Part shown: one piece after another, positions 1 through 10,859 of the stretch | Layout of the letters: each line of letters opens with the position of its first letter | How positions within the stretch are numbered: position 1 is the stretch's first letter | Made by a program: the position numbers and the translations under genes | Assembly (NCBI GenBank): GCA_963778955.1 | Contig: CAVZWI010000001.1 | Span: forward strand, 562,383-626,382 | DNA: 64,000 nucleotides | Reading direction: 5' to 3' | From: an uncultured Chloroflexia bacterium | GTDB taxonomy: Bacteria; Chloroflexota; Limnocylindria; Limnocylindrales; CSP1-4 | The notes under the pieces: model-generated | Database searches by the model: none | Told to the model about the DNA's origin: nothing | Seen by the model: the letters and a program-made list of their open reading frames with translations, nothing else

Positions 1-788
1 ACGAAGAGGGCGATCAGGCCAGCACCGATGCTTTTGCGGAACTCACCCACGGGAAAGAACTTGCCCAGGTAGCCCCGCACGCCCAGCCGGCGGAACCCTT
101 CCACCTCGAAGACGATGAACGCGACGAGCGCGAGTCCGATGGTGACGTTGAGGTCGCTGGTCGGAGCGCGTGTGACCGACGTCTGGCTGATGCCGGGCAA
201 GAGGCCGCTCCAGTTGAAGGCGAGGATGAGCACGAAAAAGGCCGCGAAGAGCGGGATGTAGCGAGCCGCTCTGGCGCCGCCCATGCTGCTGCCGAAGCCG
301 TGCAGCGACTCATAGGTCCATTCGAGGAAGTTCTGCAGTCGCCCCGGCACGTCGCGCTTGCCTCGAGCGGCGAGTGTACCCAGCACCAGCACCAGGGCGG
401 TGATGCCGATCATCGTGACCAGCGAGTCGGTCAGGCTGACCTCGAAGGTGAGCAGACCATGGTTGGCCTCCGCGACGGGCTTGCCCAGGACCCAGACCTC
501 ATGTGGCCGTGGCAGGTGGAGATTGGCTTTGATGAAGCAGGCTGGATACCCGTCCGCCTGCAGTGCGACCTTGTCGCAAACCTGGCCGGAGCGGACCTCC
601 TGTTCGACATCGAGGAAGATCAGCGCCGCCACGTTGAGGACCAGGAGGCCGACGATCGCGAGCACCAGGACGCGCAGCGTGATGCGGCTACCCTTGTCCG
701 ACGTGAACTGTACCTCGCGGTCCAGAGAGTTCTGCTCGCTTGACACACTGACTCCGTTGTGACGGGTGGGTTGGCGCCCGTCAGTCAT
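1..788 (-). CDS. atpB: F0F1 ATP synthase subunit a, N-terminal ~260 codons (3' end runs off the window start)
   Basis: Absent from the ORF track because there is no stop inside the window. Manual minus-strand translation from ATG 788 (alternative GTG 746) gives ...GRLQNFLEWTYESLHGF...FFVLILAFNWSGLLPGISQ...RAPTSDLNVTIGLALVAFIVFEVEGF...GKFFPVGE, typical of subunit-a helices. It lies directly downstream of an AtpZ/AtpI-like gene. Confidence 0.8.
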   Translation of the reverse strand, partial: MTDGRQPTRHNGVSVSSEQNSLDREVQFTSDKGSRITLRVLVLAIVGLLVLNVAALIFLDVEQEVRSGQVCDKVALQADGYPACFIKANLHLPRPHEVWVLGKPVAEANHGLLTFEVSLTDSLVTMIGITALVLVLGTLAARGKRDVPGRLQNFLEWTYESLHGFGSSMGGARAARYIPLFAAFFVLILAFNWSGLLPGISQTSVTRAPTSDLNVTIGLALVAFIVFEVEGFRRLGVRGYLGKFFPVGEFRKSIGAGLIALF

Positions 789-1005
789 CCAATCTCTTGA
801 GGAACCGGCTGATGAGCCGCCAGTCCAGCGCTGCTCCCAGCAACGCGCCCCCCAGGAAGCCCACCGTCAGGAACAAGGGCGTCGTATCCGTTCGCCCATC
901 AAGCCAGCGACCCGCTAGCGCGGCGCCGAGCGTGGTCACGAAGAGGATGAGCCCGATCTCCGTGAAGATGGCGAAGTATCCGAATGACTTCCCGTGACCG
1001 TTCAT
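781..1005 (-). CDS. AtpZ/AtpI-like small membrane protein preceding the ATP synthase operon
   Basis: ORF 781..1056; likely start is ATG 1005 (MNGHGKSFGYFAIF...). There are two hydrophobic helices and a GRWLDGRTDTTPLFLTVGFLGGALLG motif like the AtpZ family. Its stop overlaps the atpB ATG. Confidence 0.5.
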   Translation of the reverse strand: MNGHGKSFGYFAIFTEIGLILFVTTLGAALAGRWLDGRTDTTPLFLTVGFLGGALLGAALDWRLISRFLKRLDD

Positions 1006-1065
1006 TGGGCGCCCGACGCGGGCGGGGCAGAGTATAGCAGCACACTCTGGCTGCACCTTTCCACC

Positions 1066-2209
1066 TCAACCAGCGTCACGCGAGCCCTCGTCGTCGGGAT
1101 AGGAGCTGGCCTCCAGGGCTTGGTCTGGGCCGACCCGGAATGTCACCAACAGGAGCAGGACGCCTGAGGCGAAGACGATGGCCATGAACGCATAGAGCGG
1201 ACCTGATCCGCCCGCCAGCATCAGGCTGAGCACGGCGAGCACGATGGTGATGGCATAGATGAGCAGCACCGCGCCGCGATGGCTGAGGCCAAGGTCGAGC
1301 AGACGATGGTGGAAGTGGCCACGGTCGGGCGTGAACGGTGAGTGACCGCTGAGCAGGCGTCGGGTGATGATCCAGAAGGTGTCGATGATGGGCACGCCCA
1401 AGATGAGCAGGGCCACCGGGATTCTTGGCTGATCCCAGGATGGCCAGCACCGCCAACAGATAGCCCACCACCATCACGCCGGTGGTCCCGATGAAGGTCC
1501 TGGCCGGGTGGAAGTTCCAGGGAAGATAGCCCAGCAACGCTCCGGCCAGCAGCGCGCAGAGCAGCGCCACCATGGGCTGATAGGCGGACTCGTATCCCAG
1601 CGACACGAATCCCAGCGTCACCGCGGCCACGAGCGCGACGCCGGTGGAGAGGCCGTCCAGCCCGTCCATGAAGTTGATGCTGTTGATCATGCCTACGACC
1701 CAGAGCGCGGTGACGAGAGCGGCGCCCACGCCTGAGAAGACGAGAGTGCCCTCACCAGCGAAGCCAAGGAAGTCGAGCGGGTTGTTCACGACGACGATCG
1801 ACAGGCCCAGGCCGATGGCGACCACCGCCAGCAACAATTGGAAGAGGAACTGCCAGCGAGCGCGGATCTGCCAGCGGTCGTCGATGAACCCGAAGACCGC
1901 GGCCAGCAGGGCGCCTCCGAAGACCGCGGCCAGCTCGTAGCGGTCGAGCATGCGCCAGGAGAAGGGCCTCAGGAACTCGAAGCGGTCCTGTAGCAGCAGG
2001 GCCAGCAAGCCGACTCCCATGAAGGCACCCACCACCGCCAGGCCGCCGGCTCGCGGGATGGGGCGGAGGTGGATGCGGCGACCCGAATCAGGCTCGTCGA
2101 TGGCGCCTGCAGCGGTCGCGAGGCGCATGGCCAGTGGCGTCAACAGGAAGGCGATGGCTGCCGCGGCTCCTCCAGTCGCGAGGATGAAGGGCAGCTCGTC
2201 GTAGATCAC
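1066..2209 (-). pseudogene. WecA/TagO/MraY-family (GT4 polyprenyl-phosphate HexNAc-1-phosphate transferase) gene split by a 1-nt frameshift near 1415-1432
   Basis: ORF 1076..2209 is family-like up to ...LAVLAILGSAK and then becomes Arg/Pro-rich junk. ORF 1066..1416 in another frame continues with LLILGVPIIDTFWIITRRLLSGHSPFTPDRGHFHHRLLDLGLSHRGAVLLIY, the conserved C-terminal motifs. The 1144-nt span is 3n+1. The GTG start overlaps the glyA stop (GTGA). Confidence 0.75.
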
Positions 2210-3486
2210 GCGCGAGGCGATCCCGGCACTGGGAAGCGCGCGCAGATCTGACGCACTTCGCGGCGGACCGATTCGAGTGCCGCCTGGTCCTCACGGCCTC
2301 GCAGGGTCCGCACCATGAGCTCGCCCACCCGACGCATCTCAGCGTGACCGAAACCCCGAGTCGTGGTCGCCGGCGTGCCCACGCGGATGCCGGATGCGGT
2401 GTTGGGCGGCAGTGGATCGAACGGGATGGCGTTCTTGTTGACGGTGATGCCTACCTCGTCGAGGAGTCGTTCGGCCTGCGCGCCGGTCACGCCGAGGGGT
2501 GTCACATCGACGAGGATGAGGTGGTTGTCAGTGCCGCCAGACACGAGTTCGGCGCCGTTGGCGCGCAGTGTCTCGGCCAGCACCGCGGCGTTCTCCACGG
2601 TGCGCCGCTGGTCCTCGCGGAAGGCCTCGCTTCGAGCTTCCAGCAGCGCCACCGCCTTGGCGGCGATGACGTGCATCAACGGACCACCCTGCGTGCCCGG
2701 GAAGACGGCGCGGTCGACCCGTCGGCCCAACTCGGCCGTGCTGAAGATCATGCCGCCGCGAGGCCCGCGCAGCGTCTTGTGGGTGGTGGTGGTGACGATG
2801 TCGGCGTGGCCGAACGGGCTGGGGTGCTGGCCAGCTGCGATGAGGCCGGCGATGTGGGCCATGTCCACGAACAAGAGTGCGCCCACACCGTGCGCGATGG
2901 CCGCCATGCGCTCGAAGTCGATGATGCGCGAGTAGGCGCTCGCCCCGGCGACCAGCAGCTTGGGCCGGACCTCAGCGGCCTGACGCTCCAGGGCTGCGTA
3001 GTCGATGCGACCGTCGACCTCCGACACACCGTAGGCGTGGACGTCGAAGAAACGGCCGCTGAAGTTGATGGGGTGCCCATGGGTAAGGTGACCGCCGTGG
3101 GCCAGGCTCATGCCCAGGATGGTGTCGCCATGGTCCAGCACCGACAGATAGGCCGCGATATTGGCTTGCGCGCCCGAGTGTGGCTGGACGTTGACGAACT
3201 CGGACCCGGGGAACAGCGCCAACGCGCGTTCCTCGGCCAGCCGCTCGACCACGTCCACATACTCGCAGCCACCGTAGTAGCGCCGGCCGGGCTGACCCTC
3301 GGCGTACTTGTTGGTCAACCAGCTGCCGGCGGCCTCCAGAACGGCCGCCGAAACGTAATTCTCGCTGGCGATGAGCTCGATCTTCCAGGTCTGCCGGTCG
3401 CGCTCAGCGACCATCGCATCCCAGATCTCGGGGTCGACACGAGCGATCGGCTCGTCGGCCGAGTGGCGGCCAGAGGCAAGGGTCAT
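2206..3486 (-). CDS. glyA: serine hydroxymethyltransferase
   Basis: 426 aa; contains ...ELIASENYVSAAVLEAAGSWLTNKYAEGQPGRRYYGGCEYVD... and the THKTLRGPRGG PLP-lysine motif. Confidence 0.95.
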   Translation of the reverse strand: MTLASGRHSADEPIARVDPEIWDAMVAERDRQTWKIELIASENYVSAAVLEAAGSWLTNKYAEGQPGRRYYGGCEYVDVVERLAEERALALFPGSEFVNVQPHSGAQANIAAYLSVLDHGDTILGMSLAHGGHLTHGHPINFSGRFFDVHAYGVSEVDGRIDYAALERQAAEVRPKLLVAGASAYSRIIDFERMAAIAHGVGALLFVDMAHIAGLIAAGQHPSPFGHADIVTTTTHKTLRGPRGGMIFSTAELGRRVDRAVFPGTQGGPLMHVIAAKAVALLEARSEAFREDQRRTVENAAVLAETLRANGAELVSGGTDNHLILVDVTPLGVTGAQAERLLDEVGITVNKNAIPFDPLPPNTASGIRVGTPATTTRGFGHAEMRRVGELMVRTLRGREDQAALESVRREVRQICARFPVPGSPRA

Positions 3487-3539
3487 GGGGTGCTCCGTGG
3501 GTCGTTCTCTACGCGTAGGTGGAGTGTACGCGTCAGCGC

Positions 3540-4178
3540 TCAGCCGTCGTCGATGGTGACGCTGATGGTCGCACGGTCCAGGGCACCGGCCCGCAGGATG
3601 CGCCAGGCGCCGTCAGCGTCGACAGCCACGACGGTCGAAGCGACACCGCCGCGCACGGGCCCATCGTCGAGCACGAGCGCCAGTGCATATCCGATCGATG
3701 CCACGAGTTCCGCGGCCGTGGTGGCGGGCGGCTCGCCGCTCAGGTTGGCCGACGTCATCGCCAGCGGCCCCAACGCCCGCGCCAGCGCGCGCGGCACCGG
3801 ATGGTCGGGGATGCGCAGGCCGAGCGTGCCACGACCACCGGTCAGCGTATCGGGCAGCGATGCCGAACGCCGGATCGGCAACACCAGCGTCAGGGCGCCG
3901 GGCCAATGGTCACGGGCCAGACGCAGCGCCGCCGCCGGCAGTTCGACGAGCATCTCGACCTGGTCGAAGCCGTCGATGAGCAGGGCGATACCCTTCTCCT
4001 CGGGGCGCCGCTTGGCGCGGATGATCGCGGCCAGGGAGTCAGCTCGAGGCAGTCCGCCGATGCCGTAGACGGTCTCGGTGGGGATGCCCACGATGGCGCC
4101 CGCACGCATGGCATCGATGGCGTCGGAGATCGCGTCCGGGTCGGATGCCGGCAGGACGACCGGGCCGAAGCTAGGCAT
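3540..4178 (-). CDS. tsaC: L-threonylcarbamoyladenylate synthase (Sua5/YwlC/YrdC family)
   Basis: This is the C-terminal 212 codons of the chimeric 823-aa ORF, starting at ATG 4178 (MPSFGPVV...). Motifs: GIPTETVYGIGG, GALTLVLP, LGLRIPDHP, MTSANLSGEP. The start overlaps the prmC stop. Confidence 0.85.
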   Translation of the reverse strand: MPSFGPVVLPASDPDAISDAIDAMRAGAIVGIPTETVYGIGGLPRADSLAAIIRAKRRPEEKGIALLIDGFDQVEMLVELPAAALRLARDHWPGALTLVLPIRRSASLPDTLTGGRGTLGLRIPDHPVPRALARALGPLAMTSANLSGEPPATTAAELVASIGYALALVLDDGPVRGGVASTVVAVDADGAWRILRAGALDRATISVTIDDG

Positions 4179-5090
4179 CGACACGCTCGATGCTGGCGAC
4201 ACGTTGGCTGCCGGACAGATCGGCGTGGATGGTGCAGGCCCAGCCGGGCAGCAACTCCGCCACGGCGGCCATCGCGAGGTCGCCCTGGTCGCCGCCGATC
4301 TCCAACAGCGCGGCGCCATCCGGGGCGAGGGCGTCGGGCAGGCCCAGCAGCAGGCGCCGGATGACATCCAACCCGTCGGGGCCACCGTCGAGGGCCACGA
4401 CCGGCTCGAAGCTGGCCGCCACCGGCAACGTCGCGACGGCGTCACTGGGGATGTAGGGCAGGTTGGCCAGCAGCAGGTCGACGGGACGCGGCGGAGCAAG
4501 GGCGACGTCGAGGAGATCTCCTTCGGCAAAGGTGAAGAGGTGTGCCAAGCCCTGGGAGACCACATTGATCGTGGCCACGTCACGGGCCTCGCCGGAGATG
4601 TCGCTGGCGAAGAAGTGCACCACATCGCCGTAGTGCCGCCGGCGCAACTCGACGCCGATGGCCAGCGCGATGGCCCCGGAGCCGGTCCCCAGGTCCCAGA
4701 CCAGGTAGGGCTCGGCCGCCTGCTCTCGCGGTGCCCAGGACAAGCGTGCCGTGATGCGCGCCAGCGCCAGCTCGACGAGCGCTTCGGTCTCCGGTCGCGG
4801 ATCAGGACGCGCTGGTCGACCACGATGGCCGTGCCGTAGAACTCCTTGAGGCCGCGGATATAGGCCACCGGCTCTCCCGCCACCCGACGTGCCAGGTGGG
4901 CTTCATAGCGCTCGAGCTGCCCCGCGCTGAGCACGGCCTCAGGATGTGCCGCTAAGGCACTGCGGTCCACGCCGAGGACATGCCCCAGCAGGACCTCGGC
5001 GTCCAAGCGAGCCGTCTCCGAACCGGATGCCCCAAGGCGCGAGGTCGCAGCGCGGAGGGCATCATCGACACGTTGCGCGCGCGTCTCCAC
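4171..5090 (-). pseudogene. prmC: release-factor glutamine N5-methyltransferase PrmC/HemK with an apparent 1-nt deletion near 4795-4803
   Basis: The N-terminal part (VETRAQRVDDALR...GEPVAYIRGLKEFYGTAIVVDQRVLI) is in the frame of the 823-aa ORF. The C-terminal part (ORF 4171..4743: DLGTGSGAIALA...NLPYIP) is in another frame. Restoring one C in CTGATC(C)CGCGACCGGAG gives the expected LIPRPETEALVE junction. The 920-nt span is 3n-1. Confidence 0.8.
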
Positions 5091-5106
5091 GGCCGACCCG
5101 CGAGAC

Positions 5107-6200
<1,094 letters not shown>

Positions 6201-6204
<4 letters not shown>

Positions 6205-7355
6205 GCGCCCTCCGAGGCGCCTCCGCGGCGCGGATCGGGCTCCACGGCCTCATCTGGCTCGATCGCACCCGGCGCGACCGGGACTGGACCGACCGGGGCC
6301 GTCGAGTCCTCAGCCTCCATGCGCGCCTCCATCTCCCGGGCCAACTCGCCCACATCGGGTAGTGGCTCGCGGACCGGGTCCCAGCTGCCGGCCGGGGCGG
6401 TGTCACCGTTGGCGGCAAGGCCTTCCTGCATGGCGCAGATGGCGACTTCGATCATGGAGTCATCGGGCTGCTTGGTGGTGATCTTTTGGACCCAGATGCC
6501 GGGCAGGAACAGGATGCGCCAGATGCCCTTCTCGCGGCGCGCGGCACCGAACTTGAGGACTTCGTAGGAGACAGCCGCGATGACCGGCACCAGCAGGATG
6601 CGGCCGAGGATGGCGACCCAGAGGTCCATGCCCGCCAGCAGGCTGAAGAGCAGGATGCTGACGATGATGAAGATGACCAGGAACTCGGTGCCACAGCGCG
6701 GGTGTGCGGTGGGCCACTTGCGCACGTTCTCTACGGTCAGCGCCTGGTCGGCCTCGAGGGTGTGGATGGTCATGTGCTCGGCTCCGTGATAGCGGAACAC
6801 GCGCCCGATCTCTTCGGAGCGGGCCACCAACGCCAGGTAGCCGACGAAGATGCCGATGCGGACCAGACCCTCGAGGACGTGGACGAGGACCGATTGCCAG
6901 CCGCCGTCGACCTCGCCGAAGAGGAGGGACACGCCGCCCTGTGCCACCAGGAGCGGCAGCAGCACGAAGAGGCCGACCGCTAGGCCGATGGTGAACAGCA
7001 TGGTCAGGGCGATGGCCTTGCCGCCGAACGCGACGCCTTCGCCGGCCGCAGCCAGCGAACCCGACTTCATCAGCCACTTGGTGCCGATGACGAGGGTCTC
7101 GTAGAGCACCACGACACCGCGGAAGAGCGGCGCGCGGGCGAAGCGATTGCGATGCAGGACGCTGTCGAGCTTCTCCTGGCCCGCGAAGATCTGGCCGTCG
7201 GGACCGCGCACGGCCACGCCGATGGCGTCCTTGCCGCGCATGTAGATGCCCTCCATGAGGGCCTGCCCGCCATACGCGAAGCGGGGCGGATCGAGTGTGA
7301 CCGGGTCGCCACTCAGCGGGGCGGCTGTCCCCTGCCCTGCCGGCGACTGCGTCAC
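6201..7355 (-). CDS. DUF1385 (YqhQ-like) polytopic membrane protein
   Basis: 384 aa; [13 protein letters not shown]...YHGAEHM...HPRCGT motifs typical of DUF1385, in the usual rpmE-prfA neighbourhood. Confidence 0.8.
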
Positions 7356-7369
7356 GAGCTAGCTTCGAC

Positions 7370-7582
7370 TCAGAGCTTGGCGGAGCGCTCGAGGCGCTTC
7401 TGGAACCGCTCGACCTGGCCAGCCGTGTCGACGATGGTCTGCTTGCCCGTGTAGAACGGATGACAGCTGGAGCAGATGTCCAGGCGCAACTCCTCCATCG
7501 TCGAACCGATGGTGAACTCGGTGCCGCATGAGGCACAGTGGACCTTGGCCTGGTAGTACTTGGGATGCGTGTCTGGCTTCAT
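7370..7582 (-). CDS. rpmE: 50S ribosomal protein L31
   Basis: 70 aa; MKPDTHPKYYQAKVHCASCGTEF...CSSCHPFYTGKQ. Confidence 0.95.
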   Translation of the reverse strand: MKPDTHPKYYQAKVHCASCGTEFTIGSTMEELRLDICSSCHPFYTGKQTIVDTAGQVERFQKRLERSAKL

Positions 7583-7603
7583 ATCGATGAGTGATCCTTC
7601 GGC

Positions 7604-7870
7604 CTAGCTGGCCAGTGACTCGGCATCCACGCGAATGCGCTTCTTGTCCTTACGCGCGTGCTCGAAGTGCACGCGACCCTCCACGGTGGCAAAGACCGTG
7701 TAATCCCTGCCCAACCCGGTCCCAGGCCCGGCGAGGAAGGTCATGCCGCGCTGTCGCACGATGATAGAACCGGCGCTGACGAGCTGGCCATCGCCAGCCT
7801 TGACACCGAGACGCTGGCCGACGCTATCGCGGCCGTTCTTGGAACTGGAGCCTGCTTTCTTGTGGGCCAC
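7604..7870 (-). CDS. rpmA: 50S ribosomal protein L27
   Basis: 88 aa; [24 protein letters not shown]...IIVRQRG. Confidence 0.95.
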   Translation of the reverse strand: MAHKKAGSSSKNGRDSVGQRLGVKAGDGQLVSAGSIIVRQRGMTFLAGPGTGLGRDYTVFATVEGRVHFEHARKDKKRIRVDAESLAS

Positions 7871-7873
7871 GGG

Positions 7874-8578
7874 TCACACGTCCTTCTTGGTGTCGTCAGC
7901 GTCATCGATGCTGTCAGCGTCGGCCGCTGCCTCCGCATCCGGGGCAGCGTCAGCCTCCGGGGCGCCATCAGCCTCACCGGGGGCATCCGCATCGGCGGCG
8001 ACATCGCCCTCTGGCTCGGTCGCAGCCTCATCGGTGGCGCTGGTCTGGGTGGTCGACTTCCGGCTCTGGCCCTTGGGCTTGGCCGAGGCCTCCACGTCCT
8101 TGGCTGGCTCGGCAGCGGCCGCCAGCTTCGCGGCCAACTCCTTGTCAGCAGCCGCCTTGTCAGCAGCCGCCTTGTCAGCAGCCGCCTTCTGTGCTTGCTC
8201 GGCCTTCCTGGCTGCAGCCTGCTCGGCCTTCTCGGCGCTCTCAGCGTCCTTGGCGGCGCTCTTGCCACCAAAGGCGATATCCGTGATGCGCAACGTGGTC
8301 AACTCAGCGCGGAAACCCTGCTTGACGCGCGTGCGAGCCTTGGGCTTGTACTTGAAGACGACGATCTTGTCGCCCCGGTTCTGGCGCATGACCTGAGCAG
8401 AGACGCTGGCACCGTCGACCAGCGGCCGTCCGATCGCCGATTCGTCACCGTCCGCGACCAGCAGGACGCGATCGAGGGTGATGGAGTCGCCCGGTTGGAC
8501 GTCCAGTCGGTCGACCTGGATCTCCGAGCCGAGCTCGACGCGGTGCTGCTTGCCGCCTGATTCGATGACTGCGTACAT
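7874..8578 (-). CDS. rplU: 50S ribosomal protein L21 with a ~129-aa Ala/Asp/Lys/Glu-rich C-terminal extension
   Basis: ORF 7874..8665. The canonical start MYAVIESGGKQHRVE is at ATG 8578. The core is about 105 aa, followed by a low-complexity tail (AADKAAADKAAADK...). Confidence 0.9.
   Translation of the reverse strand: MYAVIESGGKQHRVELGSEIQVDRLDVQPGDSITLDRVLLVADGDESAIGRPLVDGASVSAQVMRQNRGDKIVVFKYKPKARTRVKQGFRAELTTLRITDIAFGGKSAAKDAESAEKAEQAAARKAEQAQKAAADKAAADKAAADKELAAKLAAAAEPAKDVEASAKPKGQSRKSTTQTSATDEAATEPEGDVAADADAPGEADGAPEADAAPDAEAAADADSIDDADDTKKDV
8141..8185. repeat. perfect 3 x 15-bp tandem repeat (cttgtcagcagccgc) inside the rplU tail
   Basis: Read directly from the sequence. It encodes the (AADKA)x3 segment on the minus strand. 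Confidence 0.9.
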
Positions 8579-8714
8579 GGGGTTCCCGTTGCGTGGTCGA
8601 TACGTGATGGCTTGGCTGGGTCGGCGCGGAGCTAGAGTCGCAGGCGAACACGGCGCGACAGACACTCGAACGCGAAGGGAGATGGTAGCCCGAATCGTCG
8701 CCGGGCGTCAAACC

Positions 8715-8762
8715 GATGTCCTGACCCATGTCGATGTCCTGACCCATGTCGATGTCCTGACT
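8715..8762. repeat. 18-bp tandem repeat, 2 full units plus 1 partial (gatgtcctgacccatgtc), in the rplU / J-protein divergent intergenic region
   Basis: Read directly: gatgtcctgacccatgtc gatgtcctgacccatgtc gatgtcctgact. Confidence 0.85.
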
Positions 8763-8991
8763 GATCCACTCCGTGGGTCTCGCGTCGGTCCAGGTGACCG
8801 CTCCCGACCTCGTTGGCGACGACGCGTGGTCGGGAGCGCTACCGATCTGCCCGAAGCGCGGGATCTGTTCGCTGTTCCTGGGATTCCGGATGCTTCGCGA
8901 GGTTGGCGAGGTCATTCGGGCCCTGCGGGGTCGGCACCGGGGACCACTCGCTCCCGCTGATGGGACGGCGGTCGGGTATCGTTCAAGGCAT

Positions 8992-9486
8992 ATGGCGCGC
9001 ACGTTCTACGAGACGATGATGCTCAGCCCCAAGGCCGATCGTGAACTCATCGGCGTGGTTTACCGGCACCTGGCGAAACGCTTCCATCCTGACATGGACC
9101 CGTCGCCGGCCGCGGCCGCGCGCATGGCCCAGCTGAACGAGGCCTACGCCGTCCTGAGCGACCCCACCCAGCGGGCACGCTACGACCAGCTGATCGGTCT
9201 GGCGTCGGCCGATACGCCGACCCCCGTGCCGGGAGACGGTCGGGCCATGCGAAGCGGCGCCGCCTACAAGACTGCCGAGACCGCTGCGGGCGCCCATGGT
9301 GAGGCGGGACCACCGCCGGCCAATCCGCCACCTTCGGGTCGCCCACTGACGTTCGGGCGCTACCGTGGTTGGACACTCAACCAGGTGGGCCGCTACGACC
9401 ACGACTACCTGGAGTGGCTGGCGCGTACCACCATGGGGCGTAACTACAAGCGCGAACTGGACGAGCTGCTGCGACGGGTGCCCTGA
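8992..9486 (+). CDS. J-domain (DnaJ-like) protein with a DUF3820-like C-terminal segment
   Basis: ORF 8773..9486; plausible start is ATG 8992 (MARTFYETMML...). It has the HPD motif (KRFHPDMD) and LNEAYAVLSDPTQRARYD. The C-terminus reads PLTFGRYRGWTLNQV...DYLEWLA. Confidence 0.8.
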   Translation: MARTFYETMMLSPKADRELIGVVYRHLAKRFHPDMDPSPAAAARMAQLNEAYAVLSDPTQRARYDQLIGLASADTPTPVPGDGRAMRSGAAYKTAETAAGAHGEAGPPPANPPPSGRPLTFGRYRGWTLNQVGRYDHDYLEWLARTTMGRNYKRELDELLRRVP

Positions 9487-9516
9487 GCGGCGACGTCCGC
9501 GATCCGACCAGATGCG

Positions 9517-10773
9517 CTAAGCGGCCTTGGCCCCCGCCTTTCCACCATGGTGTCGTTCGTCGCGAGGTGCCTTGGGGATCGCCCACTGCAGCATCACCGG
9601 CGCCACCAACGTGGTCAGGATGACCGCGGCCAACAAGACCGCATACTTCTCCTGGCCGATCAGGCCCAGCGTGAGTCCCAACGCCGCGACGACGATGCCG
9701 ACCTCGCCGCGTGGACTCATGCCCATGCCGACCACGATCGAGTTCCACTTGCCCAGCGTCCACGCGCCGACGATGCCGCCCACGAGCTTGGTCAACACAC
9801 CCATGACCGCGAGCACCAGCACGATGAACAGCAGGTCTGGACTGAGCAGCGCGCTCACGTCGATGTTGGCGCCGGTGACCGCGAAGAAGAACGGCACGAA
9901 GATGCCCAGCAGCGGCCGGAAGCCGTGTTCGACCTCCTCGCGCACAGAGGTCTCGGCGATCATCAGGCCGACGACGAAGGCGCCGATGATGGCCGCCAGA
10001 CCGACGAACTGCGCGAGCAATGCGCCGGCGAACATGAGGATGAAGACGGGCACGGTCGGCGAGTCGGCGAACCTGAACCAAGTGAAGGCCTTGCGCGGGA
10101 GGCGGCGGCCCAACGGCGCCAAGGCCAGGCCGATGCCGACGAACGCGACCCCGGCGACCATCGTCACGATCGTCTCCGGACCGAGGTCGCCCTCGGCGAT
10201 GCCGGATAGCAGGCCGATAGCGAGCAGCGCCAGGATGTCGTCGACGATAGCGGCACCGAGGATGACGCGTGAGAAGGCCCTGTCGAGCATCCCCATGTCG
10301 GCCAGGACACGGCTGGTGATGCCGATGGAGGTGGCCGCCATCGCGAGGCCCGTCAGCACCGCGGCAAGCATGTCCTCGCCGATAGCCAGGCCGATGGCAG
10401 CGCCTGCGATGAGGGGCAGGATGAAGCCGATCGTGCCAACCGCGAGGGCCATCGGGCCGACCTTCAGCAGTTCGTCGATACGGACCTCAAGGCCCACCGT
10501 GAACAACAGGATGATGACGCCCAGCTCGGCGAAGACCTCCGCCGTGACGGTGACGTCGGCCAAGCCCAGCGCGAACGGCCCCACGATGAAACCGCCAAGC
10601 ATCTCGCCGATGACGCCAGGCTGGTTGATGCGTCGGAAGGCCTCCTCGCCGGCCTTGGCCGCGACCAGCAGGACGAAGAGGCTGAACATGGCGCTGGCAA
10701 AGGCCGCACCCTCGCCGCCGCTGGACGAGAACGTCAGGACATCATGAAACGGGGGGTCCGAGAGGGAAGGCAT
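9517..10773 (-). CDS. cation:proton antiporter (CPA2 / Kef-NapA type)
   Basis: 418 aa, about 12 hydrophobic helices. The Na+/H+ exchanger-like sequence begins ...INQPGVIGEMLGGFIVGP... Confidence 0.85.
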   Translation of the reverse strand: MPSLSDPPFHDVLTFSSSGGEGAAFASAMFSLFVLLVAAKAGEEAFRRINQPGVIGEMLGGFIVGPFALGLADVTVTAEVFAELGVIILLFTVGLEVRIDELLKVGPMALAVGTIGFILPLIAGAAIGLAIGEDMLAAVLTGLAMAATSIGITSRVLADMGMLDRAFSRVILGAAIVDDILALLAIGLLSGIAEGDLGPETIVTMVAGVAFVGIGLALAPLGRRLPRKAFTWFRFADSPTVPVFILMFAGALLAQFVGLAAIIGAFVVGLMIAETSVREEVEHGFRPLLGIFVPFFFAVTGANIDVSALLSPDLLFIVLVLAVMGVLTKLVGGIVGAWTLGKWNSIVVGMGMSPRGEVGIVVAALGLTLGLIGQEKYAVLLAAVILTTLVAPVMLQWAIPKAPRDERHHGGKAGAKAA

Positions 10774-10859
10774 CGGCTACAAGCCTACCGGGCTTGCCGG
10801 GAGCTGATGCACCGCACTCTGGCTCGGCCTCACGAGCCATGCGGCCGGGGCTGTGCGGC

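Noticed and set aside
300-762. Plus-strand ORFs of 147 and 134 aa at the window start
   Set aside because: They are antisense to the clearly recognisable atpB reading frame.
2344-4068. 574-aa plus-strand ORF
   Set aside because: It is antisense to glyA and tsaC. Its composition (runs of R/G/A/V/D, no motifs) is typical of shadow ORFs in GC-rich genomes.
8445-9002. 185-aa (-) and 160-aa (+) ORFs spanning the 18-bp tandem repeat (QDIDMGQDIDMG / THVDVLTHVDVL)
   Set aside because: Their composition is junk-like, the minus-strand ORF overlaps the rplU start, and the peptide repeats are simply a result of the DNA repeat. I treated the region as intergenic.
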